NCBI RefSeq assembly: GCF_006345805.1
Contig: NC_042998.1
Coordinates: forward strand, 101,432,001-101,496,000
DNA: 64,000 bases
Direction: 5' to 3'
Source: Octopus sinensis
Lineage: Eukaryota
Below are positions 35,942-49,368 of this stretch, piece by piece. The notes under the pieces were generated by a model. That model made no database searches. It worked only from the letters and a program-made list of their open reading frames with translations, and had not been told where the DNA came from. How positions within the stretch are numbered: position 1 is the stretch's first letter; each line of letters starts with the position of its first letter. The translations under genes and the position numbers were made by a program.

Positions 35942-36675
35942 TCTATATATATAAAACCCAACTTGTGAGTCTGTGTGTGTATCTGTGTGTGTGTCTGTGT
36001 GTTTAACTTCCCAGCACATCTCCTCCTAGCCAACAAATCGTACAACCACCAAAATGGGTCACTTAAAGTTTAGGCGAATGAAAATTGAACTCGCAAGTGC
36101 AAAAATCGATAATGTGTTTGTTTAGGCCTTATACCATGCATTGAATTGTGAACTTTACTCAGTCAGCTGTTTGACGTGAACTGTGTTCACCACGCGTGCA
36201 AGCATGCGTAAATTGCATGAAAAATAAAAAAATCAAGATATAAAAACGAATCGCTGTAAACATTGTAGAAATTCGGCAAAGAAATGAATTTTCGGGATGT
36301 AGCCTGGAAGGTTTTTTCGTATTAATCTTTTGGACTTTGTGAAGACATACCAATTATCTATATATATATAAAGCTGAAGTTGTCTGTGTATGGCAGGTTT
36401 GGTAGCCTTCAACTAACACTCCTCCGAGACCCTGCGGCGCAAGTTGACCAAAATTGAAAGTATGATAGACCATGTTAACACCAAAAATTATTTACATCAA
36501 CAAGGTGCTTTTTTTCTATGAAAATCCCTATTTTTTAACGATCTTTTGACTGTCGCCATTTTTCGTCTCTTTCAACCAGAAAAATGTTCATTTAAAGAGA
36601 ATAACAAGGTACATAATGCAAAATTTTACTTTTCAAAAATTCAAATTCTAAAGCAACGCCGGGTGATACTGCTAG
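35942..36675 (+). mobile_element. Non-autonomous Helitron-like element with two 5' ends (35942 and 36357) and one 3' end
   Basis: A|TCTATATATATAAA starts at 35942 and 36357. The 3' terminus GCAACGCCGGGTGATACTGCTAG|T fits the Helitron A|TC...CTAG|T rule; the subterminal hairpin is degenerate. Confidence 0.6.
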
Positions 36676-38709
36676 TTATATAATAAATTACCTATTTTAT
36701 TAGACCGATTATATTTTTGTCATGCTGTCTATATAAAATTTAAGACAAAAAGAAAATGACTTGAAAACCTTCGAGCTAGGCATCTCGAAGTAAGAAAAAA
36801 GATTGCAGAATGAAGAAAGTTAGCAAACCCAATATATATACAAAGGAGAAAACAACTTTTTGCAAAGAAATTACAAAACAAAAGACAACAAGAATATTAA
36901 TGGCAATTTCGTAGAGAGCATTGCTCGTATAAAAATTGCTCGCAGCTCTATTGCCAACCATATCATTCTCACACCTACATTGTACCAAAACATAATGAAA
37001 ATTAAAGATGGAATCTCTTTTGCCCGCATGACAAACCAAATGGACACTCTGGACAAGACCATTGAGAGCACCGTGAAATTCGCGTCAGATTTACTCCGCC
37101 TCCAAACACATGCCAGAACGTTAAAAGCATAAATTAATTTATTCGTGCTCTTTGAACGGTGCAGGATTCCAGTAACAAACAAAACATGAATTAGGAGAAG
37201 CTTTACGCGAAATATGGAACGAAATTACCACGACTGACTGCAGCATGACTTACCGAGTTGCAGACTGCAATGGTGAAACACGCCATCATCCATACACATG
37301 AACCCCAATATCTGGAGTAGAGAATTTTATAGGCGAGATTTGGCGCATCTGTATCGATGCTGATCAGTAGCTTATTATCAGCTTTATATCGCAGTATAAG
37401 TGAATGATAAACGCAGAAGCGACGAAAGGTGACGTGTAGTCGTGAGGAAGTAGAATGGACCTGAACATCCTAATGAAACCTTAAAATTATCAAGCCATAT
37501 TGGGGCTGTACTCAATTGAGGATGCTGAAACAAGGGATTTGTGACTGATGGTCCTGGGTAAATGTCCAGTTGTAACACATTTAAATAAAACCCACAGAGA
37601 GGAGCAGCTGAAGTAGTGATAAAGTCAGCAGGACCCAGAGAGGATACAAAAGAGCTTTCCTCTTTCACCTAGAACTCTACAATTCTGTGGATATGGAAGA
37701 CCAGTCGAGCGAAATTTCCGACTCTCACTCGTTGCATTTATGTTTGATCTTCACCTACTTCTGATAACAGACAAACAAAATCTCGACAGATTTGGATGTA
37801 ATTGAATAGTGGAAGACTGAGGATAGTGAATATTGCTAGACCCTTTTTCTTATATCATACTGGTTCATTGAAGGGACGTCAGAATTTTGAGCACACGTTC
37901 ATCTGTTGTATCATTGAGCCATCCATCTCATGTCACGTTGTTCTAGTTTATTCTCAACTGAAAACAATGACTACATGTGTATGACAGATACAGTAAGGTG
38001 ATCCGCTGGGTTAAAGGTTGAACGATTGAAAGGATGTCTTCGTCAGCTCACGATTATACAGCCACTTAAACAATTAGCGAAAGCGTGGTATTTTCTACCA
38101 AGTCATATCAGTTCGAAAGTATGGGCTGCACATTCTTATGCTAGTTCTTTTAGAATTCTTACTTGTTACCTTCTCACAGAATTTTAAAGTATAAAGTATA
38201 TGAATGAACTCAATGGATTTTATTCTAATTTTTCATTCAGTTTTAATAACGTTTTTCAAATTATGTGTTGTTTGTACTACCATTCAATACTAAAAAACAT
38301 GTCTATTCCTTCACACATAACTTCACTAGTTTCTGTAGAATGCTAGATAAGAAGAGGTAACTAACCCTACTACCATTCCTCGTTCACTTCTAAAAAGCAA
38401 GGTATAACGTGTGTGTGATCGTCCATGTACACATCACAATACAGTGTAACCGATTGCCACGAAAGGTGTGTGCGTGTGTGTGAGAGGGAGAGAGAGAGAG
38501 GGAGGTGCAAAAGAAATTTCGATCCTTGCACTTGTAACTATTACTGCAAGAAGTAGACACATGTTCTAACAACCTTATCACTCGACCGCCTTCTTTCAGT
38601 ACACGACATTTTCAAGCAACAAAAATAAAAACAATAAAATATACAGAAAATATAAACCCTAAAAACATACAGAAAACAATTTCGCAACTGAACATATACT
38701 CTCTTTAAT

Positions 38710-39092
38710 ATTTTATTTGTTTCAGTCATTTGACTGCGGCCATGCCGAAGGACCGCCTTCAGTCGAACAAATCGACCCCAGGACTCATTCTACTTCATCG
38801 GAGTCTTTTGCCGAACCCGTAAGTTACAGGGATGAAAACACACCAACATAAGTTGTCAAAGATGGTGGGGGGACGGGACAAACACAGACACACAAACATA
38901 CAAACACACACACACACTCTCACACACATATATGTATATGCGATGGGCTTCTTTCAGTTTCCGTCGATCAAATCCACTCATAAGGCTTTAGTCGGCCCGA
39001 GGGTATAGTAGAAGACACTTGCCCAAGGGATTGAACCTGGAATCATGTGGTTGGTAAGCAAGCTACTTACCACACAGCTACGCCTGCGCCTA
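38710..39092 (-). mobile_element. SINE family B (tRNA head plus CORE-like CTTGGGCAAGTGTCTT), near full length
   Basis: Reverse complement starts AGGCGCAGGCGTAGCTGTGTGGTAAG and includes CCTTGGGCAAGTGTCTTCTACTATA, internal (TG)n and the shared 3' tail. Confidence 0.88.
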
Positions 39093-39912
39093 TGTGCAGT
39101 GTGTTACACTGTCTGAATTATTTCAATCATATTTTTTATTAGGATAAACTCCGTGATGTCTAGAGCAACTTGTGAGATCATAATTTCATTTGCATACTTA
39201 TTATATATGTAGTCGTTTAAAGATCATTTATGATGTGTTCGTGAAGATGAAACACGTGTGTATACTGAAAATGGTTAGAAAGTTATTGTTTTAATGTTTC
39301 ATTATGCATATGAATGGAATCGACCGGCGGCTGCCTTATGCAGTGAATAAAAACAATGTTTATATTAAAATGTCTAATGATTATAAATATTTTCCTTTTT
39401 TTTTTTCTTGCTTGCTCAATAGAGATTAGCGACCAGCTGTGACACGTGTTTGTGTTTACTATGGGAATAAGAATTAAAAACAGAAGTAGACATAGAAGAA
39501 TAAAAGGAAAAAATTCGACAAACAGAAAAGAATGCAAAGCAGCGACGTGAAACTAGAAGAAATATGTAACACTATAGAATCTAAATAAATTCAGTAATTA
39601 GGGTATTTTATATGTACTTGGTTGAACTCAAATCTGAGCGAACAGATGGCATTTGTTTGTTTCTACTTTTCTTTCCGGTTTTTAGTACCTTTTTTTACGC
39701 TTTGGATGATTCATCTTAATACCTTAATCTCAATGTGTCTGTCTTATCTAGCTGTTGAACATCAGATTAAGATAATATTAACAGAGTATAGTGTTTTTTT
39801 TGCATGATCTTCTTTTTCGATTGACATTTTGGCAATTTAGGTTTATATATTTGGTTAATTCAAGAACGTACTTTACTCTTGCATATGGTTTCCTTTCTTC
39901 CGTTCAATATTG

Positions 39913-39987
<75 letters not shown>

Positions 39988-42900
39988 ATGTGTATATATA
40001 ATTTTTCGTCGATGAAGATTTAGTGTACTGGTTGTTTATTTCAGTAGGCAATAAATCTCGGTAGACAGTAAATATTATTTAAAAATATGTGCCAAAAACA
40101 CATCTTTGTAATAGAATTATGGAAACTATTATGGCGTAAGAGTGCCATCAATGATAACACTTCCCGACGAAGATCACGCATCGAACATCCTACGTTTCCT
40201 TTTCTTTCTCACTGGAAACTAATTTATTCTAATGTTGGCTTTTTAGTTATCGGACTTCCATCACATCTTAGCTGAAAATTCGGTAGATGGTATCTTGTCC
40301 ACACCACAACATTACATACTTCTGTAGCTCTCAGTTTATTTCGTTAGCAATACGAAACTGACGAGCACTCCGAAAGCTCTTGTGGTTACCTCAGTTCTGA
40401 AGTGAGTGTATCTTGCAGTGAGGTTGAGTTCGTTCACAAAGCCGACTCGCCTAGTCTGTAGACAATGTATTCAGCAGTAGAACCATGACAATCCAAATAT
40501 TTTTTTAATGCTTTAGTGAAAGGTGAAAGGAGAGCCCCCATAACTTTGTAGTCTTTGTGACTGGTGAGTGGAGAGTATACTTAGACTAGAAACCTGTCCC
40601 AAATATTTGCAATTGTGTAGTCACTGAAAGCACCTCACCGTGGACCAGGTCATGATGTTAAAAAAGTTACGGGTTATGTTTATAACAAAATCAACAAGGT
40701 TCATTACTGACATAAATCATAAGTTTATTGTATTGTTGCAACAAAATATATTGATATGCATAGATTTTATCAGAATAGTCTGACTGTACTGGATTGCGGC
40801 AAGCGAAGTGCTTATATTTCCGTTCGTATGTACGAAGATGGTAATAAATTCATGATTCAGTAGTACAATTCTACTTATAAGATACATGATATTAGAAAAT
40901 AAGACGGCACTGTTTTATAACATCTTGGAGGAAGAAACGCTAACAAACATTTATGCATCCATCCAACATCTGAAGTACCAGGCAATGATTCAAAATAAAA
41001 GATGGTTAAAAAATGTCTTTGAAAGAGAACAACAAAATATCAGATACCTGTAGAATAAAGTTAAGTGTTTTTGTTGTTGGTGATGGGCAGTAGGCTTAAT
41101 TCGTTGACGTACTTAACGCCAACTTATGGTCCGAGCGTGCTTTTATCCGATTCTACTCCGCTGCAAGGATTCGGGCCAGATCTCCTGACGCGGGGTAACT
41201 TCTTTCTCACAAGGTTGCTGCCCTCCCTCTTCAGTCTAAGACATAAACATTGACCAGATGTATGCAATAAGGTTTCATTTTAATCTGAAATTATTTCACA
41301 TTTACTCCTCTAATAATTTGAAAACGGAACAATGGACAACTACAACTCGCCATCGTAGGTATGATTATTCAATTCAGGTTTCTTACCATCTTTAGTCGAT
41401 CTGTATTGAGGGCATTTTCTTCTAAGATTTTGAACTCAAAAGATAGGATAATAGTTTTAAAGGTATTGGTTTAATTTTTGAAATACCTTTCGTCTAATTT
41501 TAGAAGATCTATCATCAGCACCGAAATACACTGTGTCACAGAGGCCAAACTTTTTAGAGTAATTAAGTTAGTGTCGGATAACTTACTAAATGGTGTCAGT
41601 GTTAAGAAGAAAGTAACAATAGCGTCTGTAAACACCAATCTACTTGAATTTAAAAAAAGATTACAGATAATATCTGTGTGGTTATGTTTAAGAATCAATC
41701 TTATGTTCCATTACCCCGTGCTAGATAAATTAAGTATAAGTTATTTTAAGTAAAATCCAGTTGATTATACTCCTCACTTCTCCACAGAGATATTGATCTT
41801 TGTGTCAAATGGGCAGGAAAGAAAACAAATAAATATTTATGAGAGAAGGCTAGAAACTTTTAGAAAAATGTTTATTTTTGTGTGAGAGGTAATATATATA
41901 TAAAGGAATGATTTGCTTGCACGGAGCTCATACCAGAATTTCTTAGCAACAACGTTTCGATTTTCAATTGAGGTCCTTTAAGTTCATTTACACTTGAAGA
42001 ATATACTTGTAAAATAGGAGCATCACAATTCAAAATTATTTTCCCTCAACATAGCTAAGTTATCGTATTTCAAAATCAATATTTCATTTAATGCTATTTC
42101 TTTTTTATTTCTAGTTGATGTGTATCCACTTAAGCAGCAAATCGAGGCAACCGATTGAGGAGGCGGAAGAGTATCAATGTTCCTGATTCTTCAAGTTTTC
42201 GGGAGAACTGGTATTATGTGGAAAGTCTATTCACTAATCTATTGCAGACATATCATGCGATAATTGTAGTTACGTAAGTGGTAGAGCACTAGACTAAATC
42301 TCTTACAGTATTTAGTTTCATTTCACGACTTTCTAATTTTAAATCCAACAAGATTTGACTTTGTATTTCACGCCTACTGCCGCTGATAAATAGAGCACCT
42401 ATTGGCCACTGCCATTATCGCGTAGCCTTCATTGAACAGACGTATGAGGAAGGCCATTCTAGATATGAAACTCTCGTCTTGTCTTTATGACATAGTGTCT
42501 CTAGACTGCATGATTCTGTACATCATATTTATTTTAAGTAGAAAGGGTACAGTCTGGTGGAAATTATGCTGAAAAATGTTGCAAGTATTGTGACCAAGTA
42601 GAAGATCCTAGTTCGCTCCTATACGCAACAATAATATATCGAAGTAGTTTTGTTGATGATACTTCTCACATTTCAGCAGTAAATATGTGGTATGTCCCAA
42701 AGTAAAATAGAGCATTACAAACTGTGCAAAAAAAAAAAAAACGAAAAAAAGGAAAAAAAACAAAGAAAAAATCTGGTAGTGTTAAGGACATACGTATACC
42801 GATGAATGCAGTTATATTGCATGTTTGCCTATAACCGCAAGTAAAAAACAGAACAAAACAAGAACAATTCATTAAGTAGCAACTATTGTGTTTAGTTTTA

Positions 42901-43229
42901 CTTCATTCTTTATTATGTTATATTGTGTTCTCTAATTAACTTAATGCATACGAAAAAAATTCTGTGAGGGTCTCCACCAAATGACAAAAAAAAAATAATA
43001 ATGATACCATGCAGATGTGTGGAAAATTAAACAAACAGTCAGAAAGCAAGTACTTTCGTACAGCATATTGATTCAATTTTTTCTTGCTCTTAACGATACT
43101 CTGATGAAACAACCTTAAACGAACAAAGCTTCTATTTACATAAGTTAATTTGGCAAAGAAAATTTGCATTTTTCCTTTATATAAGTAAGTTTGAACATAA
43201 AACATTTCATATCTCACATATGTTGTTTG

Positions 43230-43310
<81 letters not shown>

Positions 43311-43373
43311 AAACATGCAAACATTCGTTTGTATGCGTATGTATATGCATATAAGACGCACATTCACCAACCC

Positions 43374-43407
<34 letters not shown>

Positions 43408-43497
43408 AAATGCTTATACGCATTCATATTCATATGCATGCACATGCATGCATATGTACATCCATATTTCTCTCTCTAACTCTGTCTCTTCACTCTC

Positions 43498-43566
<69 letters not shown>

Positions 43567-43999
43567 GTTTTTCATGATACATATATAGCGTATGGTACCA
43601 GAATTTCCCATTTGAATCCAATATAACAGGTCTGCGAAATATATAATAGGAAACGCATCCATTGCGTAAACCGTTCCTCAGCTGAAACATTGCAAAATAT
43701 GAAAACAGTTGATGGAAAGAATTCCATAAATATGGTCAGAACAGTAAACTGGCTACGAAGTTGGGAGGATAAATATGTATAGAGAGGGAGATATAAGGGG
43801 GGTAGAAATAAAGAAAGAGAGGGACGGTGACTTACTGCTCTGATCATATATATTGAAATATTTCCATCAACTGACATTTTGAAATGTTTTAGCTGAGAAA
43901 GGAGTTACGTAATAGATGCATTTCCTACTGCATATTATACAGACCTGAAATGTACGTATCAAATGATTTCAAAATATTATTATTTCGTTTGACGTCTAT

Positions 44000-45445
44000 A
44001 TTACTATGAAGGGACTTGGAAGCCGACAAGAAGAATGGCCTGTGAGGGTGTGTGTATATGTATACCAGATAAATCGGTGCGTGGATGTGGTTGTCTGATG
44101 TCTATGTCTGAGTGTACGTTATGTGTGTGTGTGTACGTGCGCATGTATAAAAGGATGTGCTTGTGTGTAAGCTGACAAGTGAGGGTTGGCATGTTAGACG
44201 TTCACCAGAAGGTTGTATCTCTGGTGGTAGCAATAAGATAGTTCGTATTGTTGATGCGGATATGTGTGTTTTGTAGGGTGTGTGTGCGAATTGGTGCGGA
44301 TGCGTATTAGCTGTGAGTGAGAACTCTCGTGGACAAATGCGTAGCTGTACGTGTCAGCTGTGTAAGTGTATGTGTCAGTCGCATGTTTGCTATTCGTTGT
44401 CTAAGTGGGCGCGTGTGTGCGTGCTGTGTATGAATACGTGTCCCTTAGTGTACGAGAACGAGTTTAGGATTCATGGACGTGTGTGCATGCGTATGGATAA
44501 TTAGTTATTTAGTGAGCCTGAGTATGCACATTCTGGAGTTTGTGCGTAAACGTATGAATGTGCATGTTTTATGGAAGAGGATACATGCGTGCCTGTGTGT
44601 GCTTTAAAGCACGTGTGAGTGTGTGTGTGCGTGTCTGTGTGTGTGTGTGTGTGCGAGAGTGTGTTTATGTGTGTGCGAGAGTGTGTTTATGTGTGTGTGT
44701 ACATGCTTTTTGCATTTATTGTGCGTGTTTGACAGCTGTATGCTAGTATAGTTGCAACAGCGTTGCTGGTGAGTGTGTGTTGGGGTACATGCGTTTGTCA
44801 GAGGTTTGGTGGTGTGGATGGAGGACAAGAGAGAGGAGAGTTATCAGTACATATATGTGTGAATGTGTGTTTGTGTTTGCGTGCGCACACAGAGTGTTAT
44901 AGTGGATGCATAAAGTTGGGGGCTTGACATGTGGTATGTGTAGGCATTTATGTTCTGAAACCCTAACCTTGCTTGTGAGTTGGCCAGTGTTGAGGTACAG
45001 CAAATGTTAAGGTGTTATATATGGGTTGTCAGCAGTCAGGGGTTTAAAGTTCACCAGAAGGGCGTATATCTGATGGTAGCAAAGAGATAGCTCGTATTTA
45101 TCGTCCATAGATAGTTCAGGCTGGTTGAGGATATGTAGCTCTTCGCGGAGGAAGAGATGGGAATTCGGGGTGCCAGGTAAGTAAGGTGGTCCATTCGCTG
45201 TTCGTGGTTTCAGTCCGAAGGCGCAAAGTCCTCAAACAAAACGAGAAAAAGTAGTTGAATTCTCTCTTTCCATGCACCTAAGCAAGTAAGTGTACATGCT
45301 GTGTGCACCTTACTTTGAAGTCATTGGCCGTCATGCCCGTGTAGTGCCCTGTGATGCCATCGGATGGTGTGAGTGTAGCTCTAGAGACGCAAGATCCGCC
45401 TAGAGGGTAGCTGGTTGGATTTCGAAAGCTACAGGTTGGAGTTAG
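44000..45445 (-). mobile_element. Penelope-like element PLE4, 3' remnant (GIY-YIG domain plus GT-rich 3' region)
   Basis: My minus-strand translation gives TCSFRNPTSYPLGGSCVSRATLTPSDGITGHYTGMTANDFKVRCTQH..NSTTFSRFV..PYLPG..KYELSLCYH, a degenerate PLE endonuclease. The left boundary is approximate. Confidence 0.75.
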
Positions 45446-45701
45446 AGACTGTGTAGGTGCATGTTTGCGTCTGTTGCAGCTTCTATGTTTATGTCATTCT
45501 ATGTGGAAGTATTAGTTTTTTTGTTTGTCTTGGTGCTCATGTTTGCGAGGAGTCTTGTGTGTGTGTATGTGTGTGTGTGTGTGTGTGTGTGCGTGTTTGC
45601 TTCTTTCATGAATGTTCTTTGTTATGTCTGCGAGGATATGTACAGTTGAGGACCCCTCAACTAGGAAAATTCCCGTTAGCCAGCACCTAGACCAGCACCT
45701 A

Positions 45702-45867
45702 TACGACGGGATTCTTTCAGTTTTCGTCTACCAAATCCACTCAGAAGGCTTTGGTCGGCCCGAGGCTATAGTAGAAGACACTTGCCCAAGATGCCATGCG
45801 GTGGGACTGAACCCGGATCCATGTGGTTGGTAAGCAAGCTACTTACCACACAGCGACTCCTACGCCT
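45702..45867 (-). mobile_element. SINE family B, 5' half
   Basis: GGTCGGCCCGAGGCTATAGTAGAAGACACTTGCCCAAG..GGTAAGCAAGCTACTTACCACACAGCGACTCCTACGCCT. Confidence 0.88.
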
Positions 45868-45878
45868 ATATATATATA

Positions 45879-46580
45879 GACAAAAACCCTAAATACCAAA
45901 TCTTCCCTCTCTATCAATGCACTGGAAACACTTCAACCCAATTCCGTTGAAATAAGGAAAACATACTGATTAAAAATATAAACCACAGCTAAATATCCTT
46001 TAGAAAGAAGATAAGCAGTATAAAGAAGAGAAAAACCACCCAATTTCAACACAAAAAACAATAACATTTTAGTAACAATCTTCCACCCGGGTTTCGAAAC
46101 CGCAGCTCCAAATCACCACACAAACAAAAGATGCTGACGTCACCCACCTCCAGTTCAATGAAATTCCACAAACACCAGTTGCTGACGTCACATAATTCCA
46201 AACTAATCAAAACCGAACTTCAACGAATACAACGAAAAGACCCTTTAAGAAAACCAACCAAGTGGAACGACCTATATCCGTATCCTGCAAGGAAACCTAC
46301 CAAGCAGAACGACAAGCTTGACCACGGAAGAAAAACGCCATCATTTTTTTAAGGATTCAAAATCAGATCCTCTCGCAGAATAAAAATTTATAAATACATC
46401 TTTCCCTAAAACATACTATTGCAAGCGGAAGCGACCGTTTAAAGATCTGAGAAACCGTAATTTCCCCCTTTTTTTATTATTTTAATTCTCACACTGGTTT
46501 TTTTTCAGTATGACTTGTCGACCACTACTGAAATTAATGAACCTTGTACATTCTAACAAATCAATATACAGTTTTAATTT
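45879..46580. mobile_element. Unclassified ~700-bp insertion flanked by a 28-bp direct repeat
   Basis: CAGCGACTCCTACGCCTATATATATATA at 45851-45878 and 46581-46608. Confidence 0.55.
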
Positions 46581-47169
46581 CAGCGACTCCTACGCCTATA
46601 TATATATATATATATATATATATAGGAATATATGTATATATAGTTTATTTCTACAGGATGGTTATAAAGTGCCCTCTCCTGGCTCTACCTTACTAAACAT
46701 TTCAAGCGGTCCAATATCTCAGTTTCGATCTTTATTTCAAGGTGCATCTTTAATTAACAAAGTGATGGTTTTTTGGAGACTGGTTTAATTGTAACCCAAT
46801 GTTGATGGATGTCCGGTTATATTAGAAAATATTTAAATTCCATTTTCAAAGTCTCAGGCGAGACTTTGCTCACGTTTTGTAAAACTTTTAATTTTATAGC
46901 TATTGCTCTATTGTATGCCTAGGTGAGATTTTGAGGAGTTAACATATAGATTTCACTCGTTTGTCTGGGGCTTTTACACTTGTATACCATAATCTGGGAG
47001 ATATTCTAGAATCTTCCACATAAATATTGCAAAATAGGAAAGAAATTCACATACGTAAATACTTTTTGAAAATGTAAGATATGAATTTACACACACACAT
47101 GCACGTACACACACGTGTGTGTGTATAATTACATTATCTGTATACTCATATAATGCATGGGATTGCACC

Positions 47170-47457
47170 TAGAAAGTTACCCTCCTAGATACAAGTCTGG
47201 GCAAGGTTGTTTATGGAAGACCAGCAGTCGTCCATGCATACCAGCCTCCCCTCTCCACGCCACCAGTGTTATCCAAGGGAAAGACAAAGGTCGATACAGC
47301 TTGGCACCAGTGACGTTGCAACTCATTTCTACAGTTGAGTGAACTGGAGCAACGTGAAATAAAGTGCCTTGCTCGAGAACACAACACGCAGCCCGGTCCG
47401 GGATTCGAGCTCACAACCTCACGATCGTAAGCTCGACGCTCTAACCACTGAGCCATA
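47170..47457 (-). mobile_element. tRNA-derived SINE, family C
   Basis: Reverse-complement head ATGGCTCAGTGGTTAGAGCG (A box) ..GAGCTCGAATCCC (B box), then TGTGTTCTCGAGCAAGGCACTTTATTTCAC. Confidence 0.88.
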
Positions 47458-47654
47458 CTCATATAATGCATAATATATATTTATATCATCTGCTTATGAT
47501 GTTACGTACACACTCGCATTCATGCACACACACATATATGTTTATGATCTAAAAATATAGAATGTATATTATATACATATTTTTAAACTATACTGTATAT
47601 TATATATATATATTAATATTTATGATTTATAATGAATATCATATAGGCATATAA

Positions 47655-47693
<39 letters not shown>

Positions 47694-47882
47694 CATAGAT
47701 GTATATGATTGATTGATCTGTCTGTCTATCTGTCTGTTTGTGCTTGCCTGCTCACCTAGCTGTCTGCCTGCCTATCTATCCAACCAATCCGTCCGTCCGT
47801 CAGCTCGTCTATCCATCCATTCATCCATCCATCCATTCTTCTGTCCGTTTATCCATCCACCCGTCCGTCCGTCTGCCTGTTC

Positions 47883-47945
<63 letters not shown>

Positions 47946-49169
47946 AAAACTTGTTTCGCTGCAATCTAATAAAAGAGAAATTGAAGTAAGAAATGAAGGA
48001 GATATGTCTTCCTTTTTTTCTTATATCTTCTCCCGGATATTTTCACTGAAGTTTCTTTCAATAAAAGAGGTCGGTCGACAATCGCCACCACTATATGCAT
48101 TATCACTAGTTTCTAGAGAGGCATAGTGCTATAAAAAAAAAAACAGAGGTGAGAGACAGAAAAATCATAGTAAGGTATTAAAAAAAACCAAACCTGAAAA
48201 AGATTAATAAAAAAAAATGAAAAAGAAATGAAAAGTTAACGAGATATTGGAATATGAATTGAATATAGGAATATAGGCGGATATATGAAATAAGAACGAG
48301 AGAGAGAAAGCCATGAGATAACTCAAGGTGAAATTTAGGGAAACGGAAAGGCTAGAAAATAAGAAGGGAGTTATGTGATGTCAGGAATGTTAGGTAAAAG
48401 AATGAGAGAGAAGAAGGATAGAGAATTCGAAGTTAAAAGAAATATTTAGAGAGTCAAAAGTGATGAAAAGAGGATAGACGTGTAACATGATAACGGTGAT
48501 AAACTATGGAGTGTAGACAGGAAAGGGTTGAGTGGCATTGAGGAGAAATCATTGGAAGATATAATGTGAGTGAGTGAGGGTTGAACAGTGAAACGTAGAA
48601 GAAAAAAGAAAAGAAAAGGTGACAGGAGGATAGGAATGTAGTCTGCGTGTTAAAGATAAAAGTTTATAGGAAGAGGTGAGCACATAATTATAGAATTTGC
48701 CCACATTGGTATAAAATGTGGGAAGAAAGTAATAAATGTTGAGAGAGTATTTTAAAAGATCTGCAAGTGATATAGAAATAGTTAATCGATCATGACAATT
48801 AAAATCATTTTAAACGGCCAAACAAAATCAAAATTAAAATAAATTAGCATTGTTTAGAATAATTATAGTAATGTTAGTTTTTTAAATATCTAATTTAAAC
48901 CGTGTATAATTTTATATAGAAGACATCATCATCATCATCATTGTTCGACTGTGGTCGAAGATATGAACATACGTTTAAATTGAGTGAAAGAGATGCTATA
49001 GAAGTGAGAGAAACAAAAATTAGGGTAGGTGGGTAGGGACAAAGACGAAAGAGGAGGGATACGGAGACAGTTTGGGTTGGAAAACCGGTGGAGTAAAGGT
49101 GAAAGGGAAGAGATGGCTGGATAATATAGAAAGTCAGCAATTAAGCACAAACAGCTAAATAGTCCTTTC

Positions 49170-49368
49170 TACTATAAGTACAAGGCCCGCAATTAGTGGG
49201 GGGTGGAGGGCAATAATTGATTACATCTATCCCAGTACTTATCGACCTCGAAGGGATCAAAGGCAAAGTCGACCTCGGCGAAATTTTAACTTAGAACATA
49301 AAGTCGGACGAAATGCCGTTAGGTATTTTGCCCAGTTCTATTAACGGTTCTACTACATCGCCGCCTTA
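49170..49368 (-). mobile_element. SINE family A
   Basis: ATCGACCTCGAAGGGATCAAAGGCAAAGTCGACCTCGGCG..CGCCGCCTTA. Confidence 0.8.

Noticed and set aside
36774-37400. 90-103 aa ORFs and mildly GC-richer sequence
   Set aside because: No recognisable motif; may be a decayed TE. BLASTX would decide.
40343-40385. CTGACGA-GCACTCC-GAAAGCTC HHR-like string
   Set aside because: Stem II is only 1 bp and stem I is poorly paired; could be chance or heavily decayed.
42115-42210. Exon-like segment with a good polypyrimidine-AG acceptor and a weak GT donor
   Set aside because: Stops in all three frames and no partner exons identified; a non-coding exon cannot be supported without RNA-seq.
47400-47457. tRNA-like sequence (also at ~9270-9330 and ~50830-50890)
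   Set aside because: These are SINE heads lacking a complete acceptor stem and continuing into SINE bodies; not tRNA genes.
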